Part shown: in pieces, positions 1-13,372 of the stretch
Position numbering within the stretch: position 1 is the stretch's first letter
Layout of the letters: every line of letters begins with the position of its first letter
Notes under the pieces: model-generated
Databases searched by the model: none
What the model saw: only the letters and a program-made list of their open reading frames with translations
Told to the model about the DNA's origin: nothing
Source: Heptranchias perlo
Taxonomy: Eukaryota
Length of the DNA: 64,000 nucleotides
Reading direction: 5' to 3'
NCBI RefSeq assembly: GCF_035084215.1
Contig: NC_090362.1
Location: 13,330,001 to 13,394,000 of the forward strand
Position numbers and translations under genes: made by a program

Positions 1-1028
1 CTGGTATTTTGCCCAAATGGCATTCTTCACCTATGAGCCTAGACAGTGTCTTGTCAGCAAGATATTCGACCAAGGAGGGCATCAGCAATGAACCTGAACC
101 CTGTTGTCACCTGATGCCCGCACGCACTTTCCAGCAGGGGTGCTGGATAGTGTCGGGAGTGGGAACCTTGGCTGATTGTGTTTATTCAGTTCCATAATCC
201 AGGGGTGCTGAGGCAGATTGTAGATCCTACTGCCACCCCCACCGGCTGAGATCTGCTAACTCAGCATGGTCTGGGGATTGGACCTGGGAGCTTTGCTTAA
301 TGTAGGTTTTCCTTTGGTGGTGGGGGTGATGGTTGTGGGATTGTATTGTGATATTATATTGATCGCCCAAAATATTCAGGAAAATAATAGCAAAACCTAA
401 GTCAAATGCCAGAATCAGTGAAGAGACCTGGTGATTAAACTTAGGCTGTTCCTCAACTGTACGTCACAGATGGACACTGAGCAACGAACTTACCAACTGA
501 ACCATTGGGGGAGACCCCTCCCCAATTAACAGCACCACTGGTACTTTGTGTTCAGGTGGTGAGAATTCAATGCATTGTGGAGTATCTTCATCACTAGGTA
601 TAGTTATTAAGTGTCTTTAATTCTTGGGTGAACCACTAGGTAGAGCACCCTGTGATGAGAGTGTTCTACTCCCAAGGAAGTCCACAGCCAGTACAGTACT
701 GCCTCCCAGACCGCATGCAGTTGGCAGCTTTTGTGGTATTAAAAACGGGGTGGGGAACTACAGATCTTATGGAAGACATAGGGTCCCCGATAGTTAAATA
801 CACAGCCCTGCGAATTATAGAGCAGGGAGTTCCCAGGTTTGACCCCTGCCTGTGAAAAGTGAGCTGATCTCAGCCAGAGCACCAGTTGTGGAGCCATGAC
901 TGGGCTCAGTGTCCTTGGGTGAGGTGGAGGGGGGGAATTCAGACAGAGGTCCCTGCTCTTGGTCACTACGTTGTGACCTCTGCTGAAAGGTCTATAGACA
1001 TTGTGAAGCAGGATTGGCCTAAAAAATA

Positions 1029-1436
1029 AAGACTTGCATTTATATAGCTCCTTTCACGACCTTGGGCAGTCCCAAAGCGTTTCACAGCTTTTGAAGTGTA
1101 ATCACTGTTGTGATGCAGGCAGCCAATTTGCGCACGGCCGGATCCCACAAACAGCATTGTGACAATGACCAGATAATGTGTTTAAGTGATGTTGGTTGGC
1201 CAGGACACCGGGGAGAACTCCTCTGCTCTTCTTCAAAATAGTGTTACCATCCACCTGAGAAGGGCCTTGGTTTAACGCCTCGTCCGAAAGACGGCACCTC
1301 TGACATTGCAGCACTCCCTCAGTACTGGCACGGGGAGTGTCAGCCTGGATTATGTGCTGTCTGGAGTGGGGACTATGAACCCATGACCTTCTGACTCAGA
1401 AGCGAGAGTGCTGTGCACTGAGCCACTGCTGACACC
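1029..1436 (-). mobile_element. Deu-domain SINE (SacSINE1/AmnSINE1-like), near full length
   Basis: Close similarity to copies at 52776-53224 and 55748-56171; tRNA-like head (gaacccatgaccttctgactcaga...cactgagcc) and tail ttgcatttatatagc. Confidence 0.75.
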
Positions 1437-1677
1437 CAGGCTATGCTATCTCTCATGGTCAAATAGCCTGCAGATACTCGCTGTCTAGGCTTAGTCGGAG
1501 AATGGTCACTGGGAGGACAGCTGTTATTTGTGAAACTGCACCTCAGCAAGAACCAGACGAGAAGAGATAATCGTCACGGTTCTGTTCTCTGTTACATCTG
1601 CTCCTTTTGGAAAAGAGATTGCACTGCAGCTGAAAGTTACATCTTTGTGCTTTATTCTTCCCCTCTACCCCCGACAG

Positions 1678-1950
1678 ACAAACCACTGGTTGGAGATCCT
1701 GCAGGCGCTTGTGCTGAGCTCGAATGCTGACCTGCAGCACCGAGGGCTTGTCATCACTCTCAACGTGATGAGTGCGGAGCGGGACCTGGCAGCCCTGCTC
1801 ATGGAGACGGAGATGTTGGAAATCCTGTCCGCTCTGACCAGGGACGGAGATGAGAAGAAATGCAAAGTGTCAGCCGCTGCCAAGGAGTGTCTCGCCCAAG
1901 CAGTGGAGTACGGCCTAATAAAACCCAACGAGGAGGGGACCAGCCCGTAG
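1678..1950 (+). CDS. UNC45A: UNC-45 myosin chaperone A, last coding exon (upstream exons outside window)
   Basis: Acceptor ...ctacccccgacag|; [25 protein letters not shown]...[25 protein letters not shown] matches the recalled UNC45A C-terminus ([22 protein letters not shown]...AVEYGLIQPN); adjacent to RCCD1 as in mammals. Confidence 0.93.
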   Translation, partial: TNHWLEILQALVLSSNADLQHRGLVITLNVMSAERDLAALLMETEMLEILSALTRDGDEKKCKVSAAAKECLAQAVEYGLIKPNEEGTSP

Positions 1951-2794
1951 CAAACGCAAGACATTGCAGGGACACATGGACCAGCTTGCAGGCGAGAAAC
2001 ACTCCCACTGCGCGATATGCTGCTAACTAATGACCTCTGGATGGGTAATCCGTCCTGCAAAATGTCTTATTCACAGCAGATTACTGAATATTTTGATCAC
2101 AGTCCTTCACTCTGAGGGGCTCCAGTACCAGCAGACCCCCACCCCCACCGACAGCGACTTGGCTTACATAATATTGGTTGAATAATTGTGGTGTTGCAGG
2201 ATTTTCCTGCAGTGTTGAAATCACATCAGAAAAAGTGCTCGCCCTGTGTGCGGGTTGGAATCGTTTAATTTTTTTTTCATTCCCACCCAGTTGCCAGCTG
2301 TTGGCTTGCTTCCATGGCCACCCGCAGCCTCTGGCACCTGGCCCAAATGACCACTCTGTGTCTGTGAACTCGGTCAGTGAGAGTTGGCGGGCTATTTTGT
2401 CTCTCCAGCGGGTCACTGGACAGGAAGAGGGGCCCCTAGCTGATTTTTTTCCCCCCCTCCCCCCGGCCCAAACCAAGGACGCTGAGGTTGATTCCACTAC
2501 CCTAGCTGAGGTCAGCTCACTCGGACTGAGGGGATCAGCTCACTCGGGCCAAAGAATGCAGGTTTACCTTTGTACAATCAAGAAAATGCCACAATATTTT
2601 AATATAAAGTTAAGAGGGAACATCAAACTACATGGAACACTAGCACAGTGGAACAGAGATGTAGATCTGCTTTTGGTGTGGCTGGGGGAAGCTATGATTT
2701 TATGATTTTTTTTAAAAATGAACAATGTTTCAGTAATTATTGGTTACTTATATGTATGGCACCTTTTATTGAATTATCTACTTTTACATTTACT

Positions 2795-3150
2795 GTTTGG
2801 CTCAGTTAGTAGCACTGTCATCTGTGGGCCAATAGGTTGTGGGTTTGAACCCCATATAATCTGTGCTGCCATTGCAGGGCAGGGGTTCATTTGTTCAACC
2901 AAGGCCCTGTCTGGTGGATGTTAAAGATCCCATGGCACTACTCAAGAGTAGAGCAAGGATTTCTCCCCATCTCCCGACCCTCAACATTCCTTCCTCAACT
3001 AACGCCATCAAAACAAAAGCAGCTTGTCCGCTCATGCGTCTCATTGCTGTTTGTGGGAACATGCTATGTGCAAAATGGCTGCTGTGTTTAACCATATAAC
3101 AACAGTGACTGCACTTAAAGCAATTCATTGGATGAAAAGCTCTGAGATGT
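2795..3150 (+). mobile_element. Degenerate Deu-type SINE in probable UNC45A 3'UTR
   Basis: tggctcagttagtagcact...ggttgtgggtttgaaccc head; tctcattgctgtttgtgggaac...gctatgtgcaaaatggctgctg core. Confidence 0.6.
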
Positions 3151-5259
3151 TGCAGTGATATGGTGCTTATTTTAAGCATAGGTTAATCGTTTAGATTCTA
3201 AAAAGAAAGTACATAAATATTTGGATTTAAAAGAAAGTTCATGATTCCACTAGGTGTTTAACACTTTCCTAATCCCTATTTGGTCCATTTCAATGAGTCA
3301 GAAGTTGCTGTGACCTTTTGAAGAAAACAGTCCTTGGGACCCTGAGGCTGCATTTACTCTACAACTGTAGCGCAGTGTGAAACAGTTTCACTTTGCACCC
3401 ATGCAGTCGTCATAATGTAAATTAGGTCTGAATTGGAATTGGTGGGAGGGAGTTGTGCTCTGCTTTGCCTTGGTATCAGTTCAGATGTTAACACCTGATT
3501 TTCACAACAGAAACTAATCTACGTCAATGCTAAACTCTTGTGAATACACACGTAGTAGAATTAGTAGCTCGATAAAACAGCTGCCTGAGTGAGATGAAAG
3601 GAGATGAACCGGTTTAATTATCAAAATGAGCTCTGTCACTTCACTCTGCATCTCACGCCTTAAATTATCTTTCTCACTTAAGTTGAATTAAGATTGATTA
3701 TCATCAGTATTGATGCATTATGTGTAATCACATAAGGCTCCGTACGCAGGCCTTATTGCGAAGGATGTTTGTTAATGTTGCTGTTGCAGGCTAGTGCCTT
3801 TCATATTTAAGGTGAGATAAGGTTCACCATTGACGGGATTTCATCAAATATTTGCTTGTTTACAATCTGCGTTGCTGTTCATTGCATCTACAAAATGACA
3901 AGTAATCCAAGGGGCTGAAGTTCCGCCAGTCACCTATTCTAAAATCCGAAACTGTAACACTAGCAACTGTGTCATGGCAGAAAAGTAGTGGAAGAAAGGA
4001 TTCACTAGTAAAACAAACTTGGAGGAATAGAAGATATTGGAGAATCACACATGAAGAACAGCCACTTAACCAAGATTCATAAAAGCTAACAATTACTGTG
4101 GAACAAACAAGTCAATGCCTTTTGTGAGGAGAGAAATAAAGGTTGTATCTAAAGAAACAATCAGATTGCTGACAAATTCAGAATTTAGACAGGAATCGTC
4201 CATTGCAATTAATTTTTCATCAGAATTATGATTCATATTTAATATTCAGTTCCAATAAACATTAAACCCGAATAAAATCCAAGTAGCATTAAATGGACCA
4301 TTTGAAATCAGATGCCATATATTTTCACTGATGAAAATTTAAGTGAATCTTAAATTCAGATTCTTCCCTCCTCCAGATCCTGGCAGTTGGAGGGAGAGGC
4401 AATGAAGTTGGAAGCTCAGCTTATGATGGTGAGGTTGTGAATGGTCTCGTTCAGCCTGACAGAGAGGCCAGGGAGCAGAGTTTGTGGCGGGGTGGGGGGC
4501 GAATACAATGGCTTTGGTCTTCCTAGTATTTAATTGGAGGAAATTTTGTCTTCTCCAACACTGGATGTCTGACAAGCAGGAGGTGGGGGTGAGGTAGAGC
4601 TAGGTGTCAACAGCGTACCTATAGAACCTGACTTCAGTGCAACCTGCACCACTCAAGAACTGCCACATTGTGCAGGAAGTGGTTCAGTTATCTCACATGG
4701 TGGCCAAGGTAAGTCAAGGCACTGAGATTGCATCGCTGGTATAACTCATACGAATTAAGAGCAGGAGTACACCATTCGGCCCCTTGAGCCTGCTCTGCCT
4801 CACCCTATTACCACACCGGGCAGGGCAGTCACCCACTAATCCTCCCAAAAAGCTCAAGATTGCTTTTAGCAGCGTAGAAGTTTACAGCACAGAAGGAGGC
4901 CCATCACACCTGTGTAGAGGGAGTTTGACTCTATCTGCAGAAAAGTAATTTAAAATCACAATAATTGTATATATTCCCTATTAACAAGAGGCAAAAATAT
5001 CATAAGGCAACCTTAAGGATTCTTGTGATAAACTGTTCTTGTGGTTAAGTGTGGGCATCCTTGAACCTTGATAATTTGTGACCTCACGTGTATCCAATTC
5101 GTCTGTATCATTCCTTAATTGTCCCTCTTTTTTATTCTTGTATATTGTGCTCTGTATTACTCTGTATGTGAGTTGAAGTGGAAAAGCAGTGGAATGTACC
5201 ACTTCCATGTGTAATCTTTCTAGTAATCATCGTACTGCTGCATTATATACAAATCCAGC

Positions 5260-5265
5260 AATAAA
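5260..5265 (+). terminator. Candidate UNC45A polyadenylation signal (alternatives at 4135, 4254, 4271)
   Basis: AATAAA followed by a U/GU-rich tract (ttaattttgtcttgtgttgggtg). Confidence 0.45.
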
Positions 5266-5499
5266 GTCACTTAATTTTGTCTTGTGTTGGGTGCACCAGG
5301 TAGGTGCTCATTTTTTTTATATGTACAGTGCAGTGGTTGCTGGGAGTGAGGTCGCTGCGCGGTTGCTCATGGGTGTGAGGTCACAGCGCGATGACTGTGG
5401 CTGGCGAAAGTGAGAGCGAGACTGAGTCTGCGCGGGTTCGGAGTTTTCAAATTTACCGGCCGCGGTTTTCCGTTGCCCGGCAGTCGCTCCTTGCGGGGA

Positions 5500-5851
5500 A
5501 TGGCGGCCCCTGGATTAGGCGGCGCTGGGCACTGGTTTGGGTTCGGGTTTAATCGATTCGGGCAGGTTATTAACCCCGGGTCCCGGAGGGAGTGTGAAGC
5601 GGACGGGTGGATACTCGAGCCCCGCGTGGTGACTGCCTGCAGCCCGGGACCGGGCCAGGAACGGGTTGAAGCCGAGGCAGAGAGGCAGTCACCGCCTCCT
5701 AACGATGACCCGCGGGGTGGCGGCAGGTCGGGGCCTGAGGGGCTGCAATCAAATCCCAGACGTGAGGGGCCCGGCGGCAGGAGGTGTCCGGCGGAGAGTG
5801 CCCCTGTTTCTAAGATCTGTCCCTCCTGGAGTCACTCTACGTATTTGACAG
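5500..5851 (+). CDS. RCCD1: RCC1 domain-containing protein 1, exon 1
   Basis: In a CpG island; MAAPGLGGAGHWFGFGFNRFGQ...SKICPSWSHSTYLT resembles human WFGFGFCGFGQ...VSASWSYTAFVT; donor G|gtgtgt, phase 1. Confidence 0.88.
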
Positions 5852-5863
5852 GTGTGTGGTAAC

Positions 5864-6860
5864 AGGTGAATGTGTAGCCTTCGGGCCAGTGAGTGTCTCA
5901 GGTGAATGTGCACCGCTTAGGTGAGTGCGTGTCCCGGGTGAATGTGTAGCCCACAGGTGAGTGCGTGTCCCGGGTGAATGTGTAGCCCACAGGTGAGTGC
6001 GTGTCCCGGGTGAATGTGTAGCCCACAGGTGAGTGCGTGTCCCGGGTGAATGTGTAGCCCACAGGTGAGTGCGTGTCCCGGGTGAATGTGTAGCCCACAG
6101 GTGAGTGCGTGTCCCGGGTGAATGTGTAGCCCACAGGTGAGTGCGTGTCCCGGGTGAATGTGTAGCCCACAGGTGAGTGCGTGTCCCGGGTGAATGTGTA
6201 GCCCACAGGTGAGTGCGTGTCCCGGGTGAATGTGTAGCCCACAGGTGAGTGCGTGTCCCGGGTGAATGTGTAGCCCACAGGTGAGTGCGTGTCCCGGGTG
6301 AATGTGTAGCCCACAGGTGAGTGCGTGTCCCGGGTGAATGTGTAGCCCACAGGTGAGTGCGTGTCCCGGGTGAATGTGTAGCCCACAGGTGAGTGCGTGT
6401 CCCGGGTGAATGTGTAGCCCACAGGTGAGTGCGTGTCCCGGGTGAATGTGTAGCCCACAGGTGAGTGCGTGTCCCGGGTGAATGTGTAGCCCACAGGTGA
6501 GTGCGTGTCCCGGGTGAATGTGTAGCCCACAGGTGAGTGCGTGTCCCGGGTGAATGTGTAGCCCACAGGTGAGTGCGTGTCCCGGGTGAATGTGTAGCCC
6601 ACAGGTGAGTGCGTGTCCCGGGTGAATGTGTAGCCCACAGGTGAGTGCGTGTCCCGGGTGAATGTGTAGCCCACAGGTGAGTGCGTGTCCCGGGTGAATG
6701 TGTAGCCCACAGGTGAGTGCGTGTCCCGGGTGAATGTGTAGCCCACAGGTGAGTGCGTGTCTCAGATGAATGTGTAGCCCTTAAGTCAGTACATGTCTCA
6801 GGTGAGTGCGTATGTGTTTCACAGGTGAGTATGTACCCCACAGCTGAGTGTGCATCTCAG
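5864..6860 (+). repeat. 36-bp minisatellite (gtgagtgcgtgtcccgggtgaatgtgtagcccacag), 23 perfect copies at 5921-6748 plus degenerate flanks
   Basis: Directly visible: 828 bp = 23 x 36; explains the repetitive minus-strand ORFs. Confidence 0.98.
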
Positions 6861-7994
6861 GTGTAGACCTGATGGTGGCAGGGGTTAGAGATTGGTTTAA
6901 AAGTCCATTCAAATGTCTGCTTCTTTAATCAGGAAGACCAGAAAAGGCAAAAGATGGGAAAACGGCCATTTGCGCTCACTCTTACGACTCCAACTCTCCC
7001 ATTATAGCATCCACCTGTATTTTGAATTACCTTAATGCTCTTGCTGTTACAGTCTTACCCAGAGGATTATTCCAAACATCACTATTGAGTAAAAACATTT
7101 TTTTATCTGCTTTAAATATTTTTAAGTAAGCTGAACTGATATCCCCCTGATTTACTTTCATGGCTTACTTTGAAGTAATGATCTTACCATTTAATATTTT
7201 ATATATCACATTGAGGTTCTCTCTAAATTTTCTGTAGACTACAACTTCAGCTTATTTTTCCTTGTAGCTCACCCGTTTCACACTTGGGATTATTCTTATG
7301 CAGGCAAAGAAGAAGGATAACAACAGTGACTAGATTCCAAAAAGTAGTTCATTGGATTTGAACTGCGTCCTGAAGATGTGAAAAGGCACTATATAAGTTA
7401 GCCGATCTTATCCAGGGTAGAAGTTGGGAGCTACAATTAGCCACAGCGTCCCTGGGCTAGGGAGGGACAGATCGGAGAAGGATTCTACTGTCTGCTGGAA
7501 AGTACATGTGTGTTCCTTTCATGTAGGAATAGGATTGGACTATGACTTAATGATCCCCATGGGTGAATGGGAACAGGAATAGGCCATTCAGCTTCTTAAG
7601 CCTGTTCTGCCATGCAATTAGATCAAAGCAAGTCAACTCCATTCACCTGCCTTTGTTCCATATCGCTTGGCCTAACAAAATCTATCAATCTCAGTCTTAA
7701 AATAGTTTGCCAATGCTTGCTGTTTCATACATCATAGAAATTGCAGCACAGGAGACAATTTGGCCCATTGCACCTGTGCTGGAAAGAACATTGCTTCTAT
7801 CAAGATGAAATATAGCCCCTCGCACGAAGTACTGGAGTGATGCTGGGACCAGTACCTTCAGGAGAGGAAAATAATAAAGGTTTTCAGATCTGTATCACTG
7901 TGTACCTTTATGGTTCATTCTATCCTTTTACACATCAAAATAAACCCCACCGAGCAAGTTCCATATCATTAACTTTGTTTCAGTTTTGTTCCAG

Positions 7995-8219
7995 ATGATG
8001 GATCTGTTTATTCCTGTGGTTTTGTTGGAGGTCGCCCTTGGCATCAGATTTGCATTAGTAATCAAGGTTGCACAGACATCCTGTCCTCTGAGAAATATTT
8101 GCTAATGTTGTGGCAGGACAGAGTGGAATGCTGGGATATCCAAAACCTCTGTACTGAAGGGACCAAGGGTGACGTGACTTGGACGAGGCAGCTGAAGGAG
8201 GGAGAGAGGCCATGTACAG
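7995..8219 (+). CDS. RCCD1: RCCD1 exon 2
   Basis: ttttgttccag|...ACAG|gtatag; open 225 nt, phase 1-1; DDGSVYSCGFVGG...CTDILSSEKYLLMLWQDRVECW. Confidence 0.82.
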
Positions 8220-10419
8220 GTATAGTAAATTAGAATGCAACACAGTCTTCTTCACCCCTTCCCTAATTCTACTGCTTTTATCCGTTTGCTTTTTTTTCCC
8301 CTCACATTTTTTTCCCTCTCAGGCTATTGATTCCTTGCTGGGTATGTTTGGGTGCCAGTAGCTTCCAGTGCTTACCCATGTGACACAGTGTCAGTTGGGG
8401 GCAAAGATTGCAACTGAGCCTGATCACTGCCCTTGTCCCACATCTACATGTGCCCTTCTAGTTATGGCAACTGGATTTGGAGCAGGTACCCTGACCTTTT
8501 TTAAAACATGCTTTCTCCTTGCCTCCTGGTACAGGAACTATAATTAAAATCAATTGTAGTACCCCAACTAGCTGAGACCAGCTCAGTCAGCCAGACTGGG
8601 GATTGAACTTAAGTCTTCGAGTCTGTGTAGCTGAGCTGCTAATTGCCTTGACCAGCTGAGCTAATGGAGCCTTGCAGCCACAGCTTCTTGCCTCTTACCT
8701 CACTTCAACTAAGCATCTTGGGCCTTCATCTAAGTTTCTTGAAATAAAAGTATAAACATTTTGTTAGTCTGGTTGGAGAGACTGAGGTACGATGATGGTT
8801 ATTGCAATTGGCTTCATTGATGATGCTGGTTCACAAATTCATATACCCTCACATTTATTTCACTGAAGTAATGGACTTCTGTTAAAGCTTACACCACTGG
8901 TCCTTGCAATTTGGCCCCTTCCACTTTGGCCCTCAGAAGACTCGCTGCTCCTTATGTCTTTTGGCCTCCATTCATGACCTCTTAAATTTTGTTGTGCTGA
9001 CCGAGCTTAGGATTAAACGTTGTTACTTCACCAACAAAAAGAGGCAGAGTTGTCCCAACTTCTGTACAGTGAATGAAGCACCCTATTAATGTAGGACTAG
9101 GTAATAGAGTTGTTGATTTTGTTCTTTCTATTCCTGCGAGGAGGTCCCTGACCTCCAGAATGACGTAACTGAAATCAGGATCTGACCAATTGGCAAATCA
9201 CAGGACCCATACCCCATCGTTTGTATAAAGCATTTGATGGAGCCGCTCTCAAGCAATACGTTGGTTAGGTTTGTGACCCTTGGCACTAAGTTAGTGAATA
9301 ACATCGCCCTACAACAATTTTTACACCTTCTGTACTAACTGACTTGTTTATTGAGTACTTGTAACTAAAAATCAATGATAAATGAATGCTTTCTGTCTAA
9401 ATTAGTCATATTCATAGGTATAGTGCGCATCGGGACACTAGGATAAGCAGTTAATTTATTCAGAGCTGATGCAGTATGGCTTGTATATGTTCCTGTCATA
9501 ACTCCTGTAGCTGTAAACTGGGTACATTGTACAGAGGCCAACAGAAAAACGAACATTTGAGAACAAAATTTAAGCTATATTTGTGATGGTATTGCCTATC
9601 ATGTCATAGTACACCAGCTGTATAAATATGCGCTATAATCAACATGATTCTCCTGTACAAATGTCCTAATACCCCATACAATTCATACTGCAGTATTAGT
9701 CTTTATGTAGTGAGTGAACACAGGAAATTAAATGGCAGCTTTTATGTAGCGGAGCAATGAGTGGTGATTTGTACCTACCCCACTGTAAATCATATTAGAT
9801 TAGTTAATACTCCCCTCTGATTACACAAGGTGTAGGACAGATTTATGCATCAACACTAATTTATACATTTAAAAGAAAATTAAAGGCTTGCTGGGTAAAT
9901 GCATGGCTACGGCTAACGCCAAGTGATATAGCCCAGGTCTTGGGTTCAGTCCCTGATCTATGCCAAGGTGGTGGGTTGCTACACTTAGCCTCGCTGTCCC
10001 TAGATTAGGAAACAGGAGTAAAAACAGAAAATGCTGGAAAAATGTAGCTGGTCTGTCAGCATCTGTAAAGAGAAGAAAAGTTCACTTGATATGAAAGGCC
10101 CACCCCCCAAAACCTTAACTTTGTCTTACAGATGCTAACAGACCTGTGATGCATTTTCAGTCTTATTATGTGTTGAGAGTAGGAATCATTGGATATTGAT
10201 CGACAGTGGGAATGTAGGCCAATTTACAGCTGTCTAGCCCAGGGTCACTAAGGCCATCGGTAAAGCCTGTCGATTGTCAAGGTGAATTTGTTAACTCAGC
10301 ACAGACCGTGGATCAAACCTTGGGTCCTCTGCTCTATATGGATCAATACTGCATTGTGTGATTGCTTTCATTACTAGGGAATGGCGGAGGGGAAACTCAT
10401 ACTTTTTCCCCCCTCACAG

Positions 10420-10573
10420 CACTTCCACTGGTCCCTGGTGGCTACGTTATAACAGTTCCTCCATTTTACAAACCATTGTCACCAATGCTTTGTGCAAGAA
10501 AGCTGGTACTTGGCACTGAGCATGCTCTCCTACTGAGCTTTGATTGGACAGTGTATTCCTGGGGCTCGGGACG
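10420..10573 (+). CDS. RCCD1: RCCD1 exon 3
   Basis: LPLVPGGYVITVPPFYKPLSPMLCARKLVLGTEHALLL...VYSWGSGR; cacag| and |gtaaga. Confidence 0.92.
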
Positions 10574-11399
10574 GTAAGATGTTTTTTAATTATGTACTTG
10601 CTGTTGTATAATTGGCCCGTGTTCTGGATTATGAGCTAAATAATCTGACTATATACAGTCGTAAAAAGATCCAGTCTCATTAAAATTGTTGGTTTGAATT
10701 CAGTCACTCGAGGATGTGTCTGTGTTTTTGTATCTAATTCTAAGGGACCAGTGTGGTACCCATGTGGGTTAAAATACTGCTTTTTCACCTCTATTTGAAC
10801 ACAGCCAGACAGATAGGGTGAAAAGTTTCATCTCTTGCTGCTGCCTGAAATAAGCTGATGCAAAATGTCTTTGAGCAGTCTCAACCCTGTTCATAATGGG
10901 TGCAGCACAATTATGCAATCTCAGAGTGTAGTATGCCCTGTCACCTCACTGCAGGGGACAAATGTGTAGATCCAAAATTATTTGTCAAAGTTGTAGATGT
11001 TACTCTTTTCATTTCAGATACCTAGTGTCTGTACTCCTAGGCAAATACAGAGTAAAGCTCCCTGCAATTCTGTCCCAACAATGTACATTGGCCCCAGTGT
11101 CAGAAAAGAATCTCTACTGCACTTTTGTTCCATTTCGCACACCAGCTATCCTGTAGCTTCTCTAAGTGAGATTGTTGGTTTAGTGCAAATTAGGGGCACT
11201 TTTGTGCTGCATCTCATTATCTGTAATGAATTTGAGCCCATGTCCTAGAAAGGGGAAAAACTATTGTCTAACCTACTGCACCACTTAATCTCCTCAAAAG
11301 TGTACAGATGTCCTCAGTACTATATTGGTGGGGTACTTAAATGGATGCTAATATAAATCTGTATTGTCCAAAACTAGTTGCTGCGTCACTGGTTATTTA

Positions 11400-12105
11400 C
11401 TATTCTATTAGATTTCATACTTCTATTTCAAATTGAATTTTCACATACCTGGTTCCACTCTTGCCTATCCAGTCATAGCTGGAGAGTCTCCTGCAATGGC
11501 TTCTCTTCCCTCACATCGTTACCTCTGGAATCCCCCAAGGATCTATCCTTGGTTCCCTCCTATTTCTCATCTATATGCTGCCCCTTGCGACATCATCCTG
11601 GGCAATCTTCTATCTTCAACCTTGCATAAACTTGAGCTCATCCAAAACTCTGCCCATATCCTAACCCGCACCAAGTCCCGTTCACCCCTGTACTCGCTGA
11701 CCTACATTGGCTCCCGATCCACCAACGCCTTGATTTTGAAATTCTCATCCTCATGTTCAAACCCCTCCATGGTCTTGCCCCCCTCTATCTCTGTAACCTT
11801 GTCCAGCCCTACAACCTTCTAAGAATTCTGCGTTCCTCCAACTCTGACAATAATCTTGTGCATCACTCACTACCTTCGTCCCATCATCAGCCGTCTAGGT
11901 CCTAAGCTCTGGAATTCCCACCCTAAACATCTCCGTCTCGCTACCTCTCTCCTTAAAGCTTACCTCTTTGACCAAGCTTTTCGTCACCCATCCTAATATC
12001 TCCTTCTTTGGCTCAGTGTCAGTTTTTGTCCGATTATGCTCCAATGAAGCATCTTGCGAAGTTTTACTACATAATAGGTGCTATATAAATGCAAGTTGTT
12101 GTCTA
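11400..12105 (+). mobile_element. L2-clade LINE 3' fragment
   Basis: RT remnants (PQGSIL-like; LHKLELIQNSA..LTRTK; HWLPI) and tail ctatataaatgcaagttgttg shared with 13050-13318, 54250-54625 and 57080-57355. Confidence 0.75.
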
Positions 12106-13372
12106 CAACCCAATATTAAAGTATCTAATTATTTTTGAACTTCAGTAATAATAACTAAATTTTGTCAAAATAACCCTGATCATTGGAAAAAACTTCCCGT
12201 TCACTACATTCTGATCTTATTATCTTTAAAATCAGTTCTGTTTTTCCTTCCAAACCACTGTTTCAGTCTCTCATTACTCAGATTTCATCCTAGATGTTAT
12301 CTGATTGAATGTTAAGTATGCTTTTCTGTACATTATATATTCATTACTTTTCTGATATTTGACCTGGATCATTTTAATCTCTCAAACAAGGTCATACTCT
12401 GACAGTGGCAGTGACATGCAAGCTACATATTGGACTAGGATGGGCAAACAGGACTGTGTCACTTTGATTGTTGTAAGCTTAAAAGTAGCCATCCCACAAT
12501 AATTTCACATCTGAAACACGCTAATAATATTTCTACATAAACTGGCTGTTATTAGCTCCCCTGATGACCTAGTGGATAAAGGAGAGCCATAAAGACCAGA
12601 AGGTGCAGTTTGATTCCTGGCCTTTGCCGAGTTGATCTCAACCAGGACAGCTTTTTGGATGTTACTGTTAGGATGACTTCCCTTGGACCAGAGTTATGGC
12701 TCCTGTTTATTATCCACTGACCCTTTTGGAAAGTGCATGAATTTTGCAGGATTAGGCTTGGCTGTAATAAATGCCCAAGATTAAATACCCTGCCAACATT
12801 AATTGTATAGGCTCACATGTGACAAATGGCCACGGGTGAGGTGCTGGAGCGCATCTAGGACCTGTGGAAATGTACCCCAGCACAAGCCAGCACCTTCAGA
12901 AGAGAAGAGAGAGAAAATTGGATAAAGGATTTCAGCTGGTAAAATACTTTGTGAGCATTGACATGGACCTGATTTGACATTCCTGGAGGTGGTGTGATTT
13001 TTATTTTTAAACACTGTTGATGGCATTCTATAGTAAATTTAGTTCAAAACCTTTGGTCCTCCAACTCTGGCCTCCTGCACATCTCCCCCCACCACTCTCC
13101 CATTGGTGACAAGCCATCAGCTGTCTCTAAACCACACCGTACTCTGTAAACCCCTCCACCTTTCTACTTCTCTTCCACTTTTAAAGCATCCTCAAAACAT
13201 ACCTTTTCCACCACACTTTCAGTCATCTCTCCTAACTCTCCCACCCCTGTTTCGCCTCCGTGAAACATCTTGGGACATTTACTTCGTTAAAGACACTAAA
13301 GAACTTCAAGTTGTTGTAAATATTTATCCATTTGGTGCTTATTTTTCAGCAATGTATTATTACTTTTTACAG

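Noticed and set aside
1370-1436. tRNA-like sequences at SINE heads
   Set aside because: No complete cloverleaf; they are SINE promoter regions, not tRNA genes
5410-5499. N-terminal extension of RCCD1 from the GTG at 5410
   Set aside because: Homology begins shortly after the ATG at 5500; the upstream part is likely promoter or UTR
5837-6841. 334-aa and 282-aa repetitive minus-strand ORFs; also considered as a CRISPR-like array
   Set aside because: They are by-products of a stop-free 36-bp tandem repeat in an intron; there are no unique spacers or cas genes, and the context is eukaryotic
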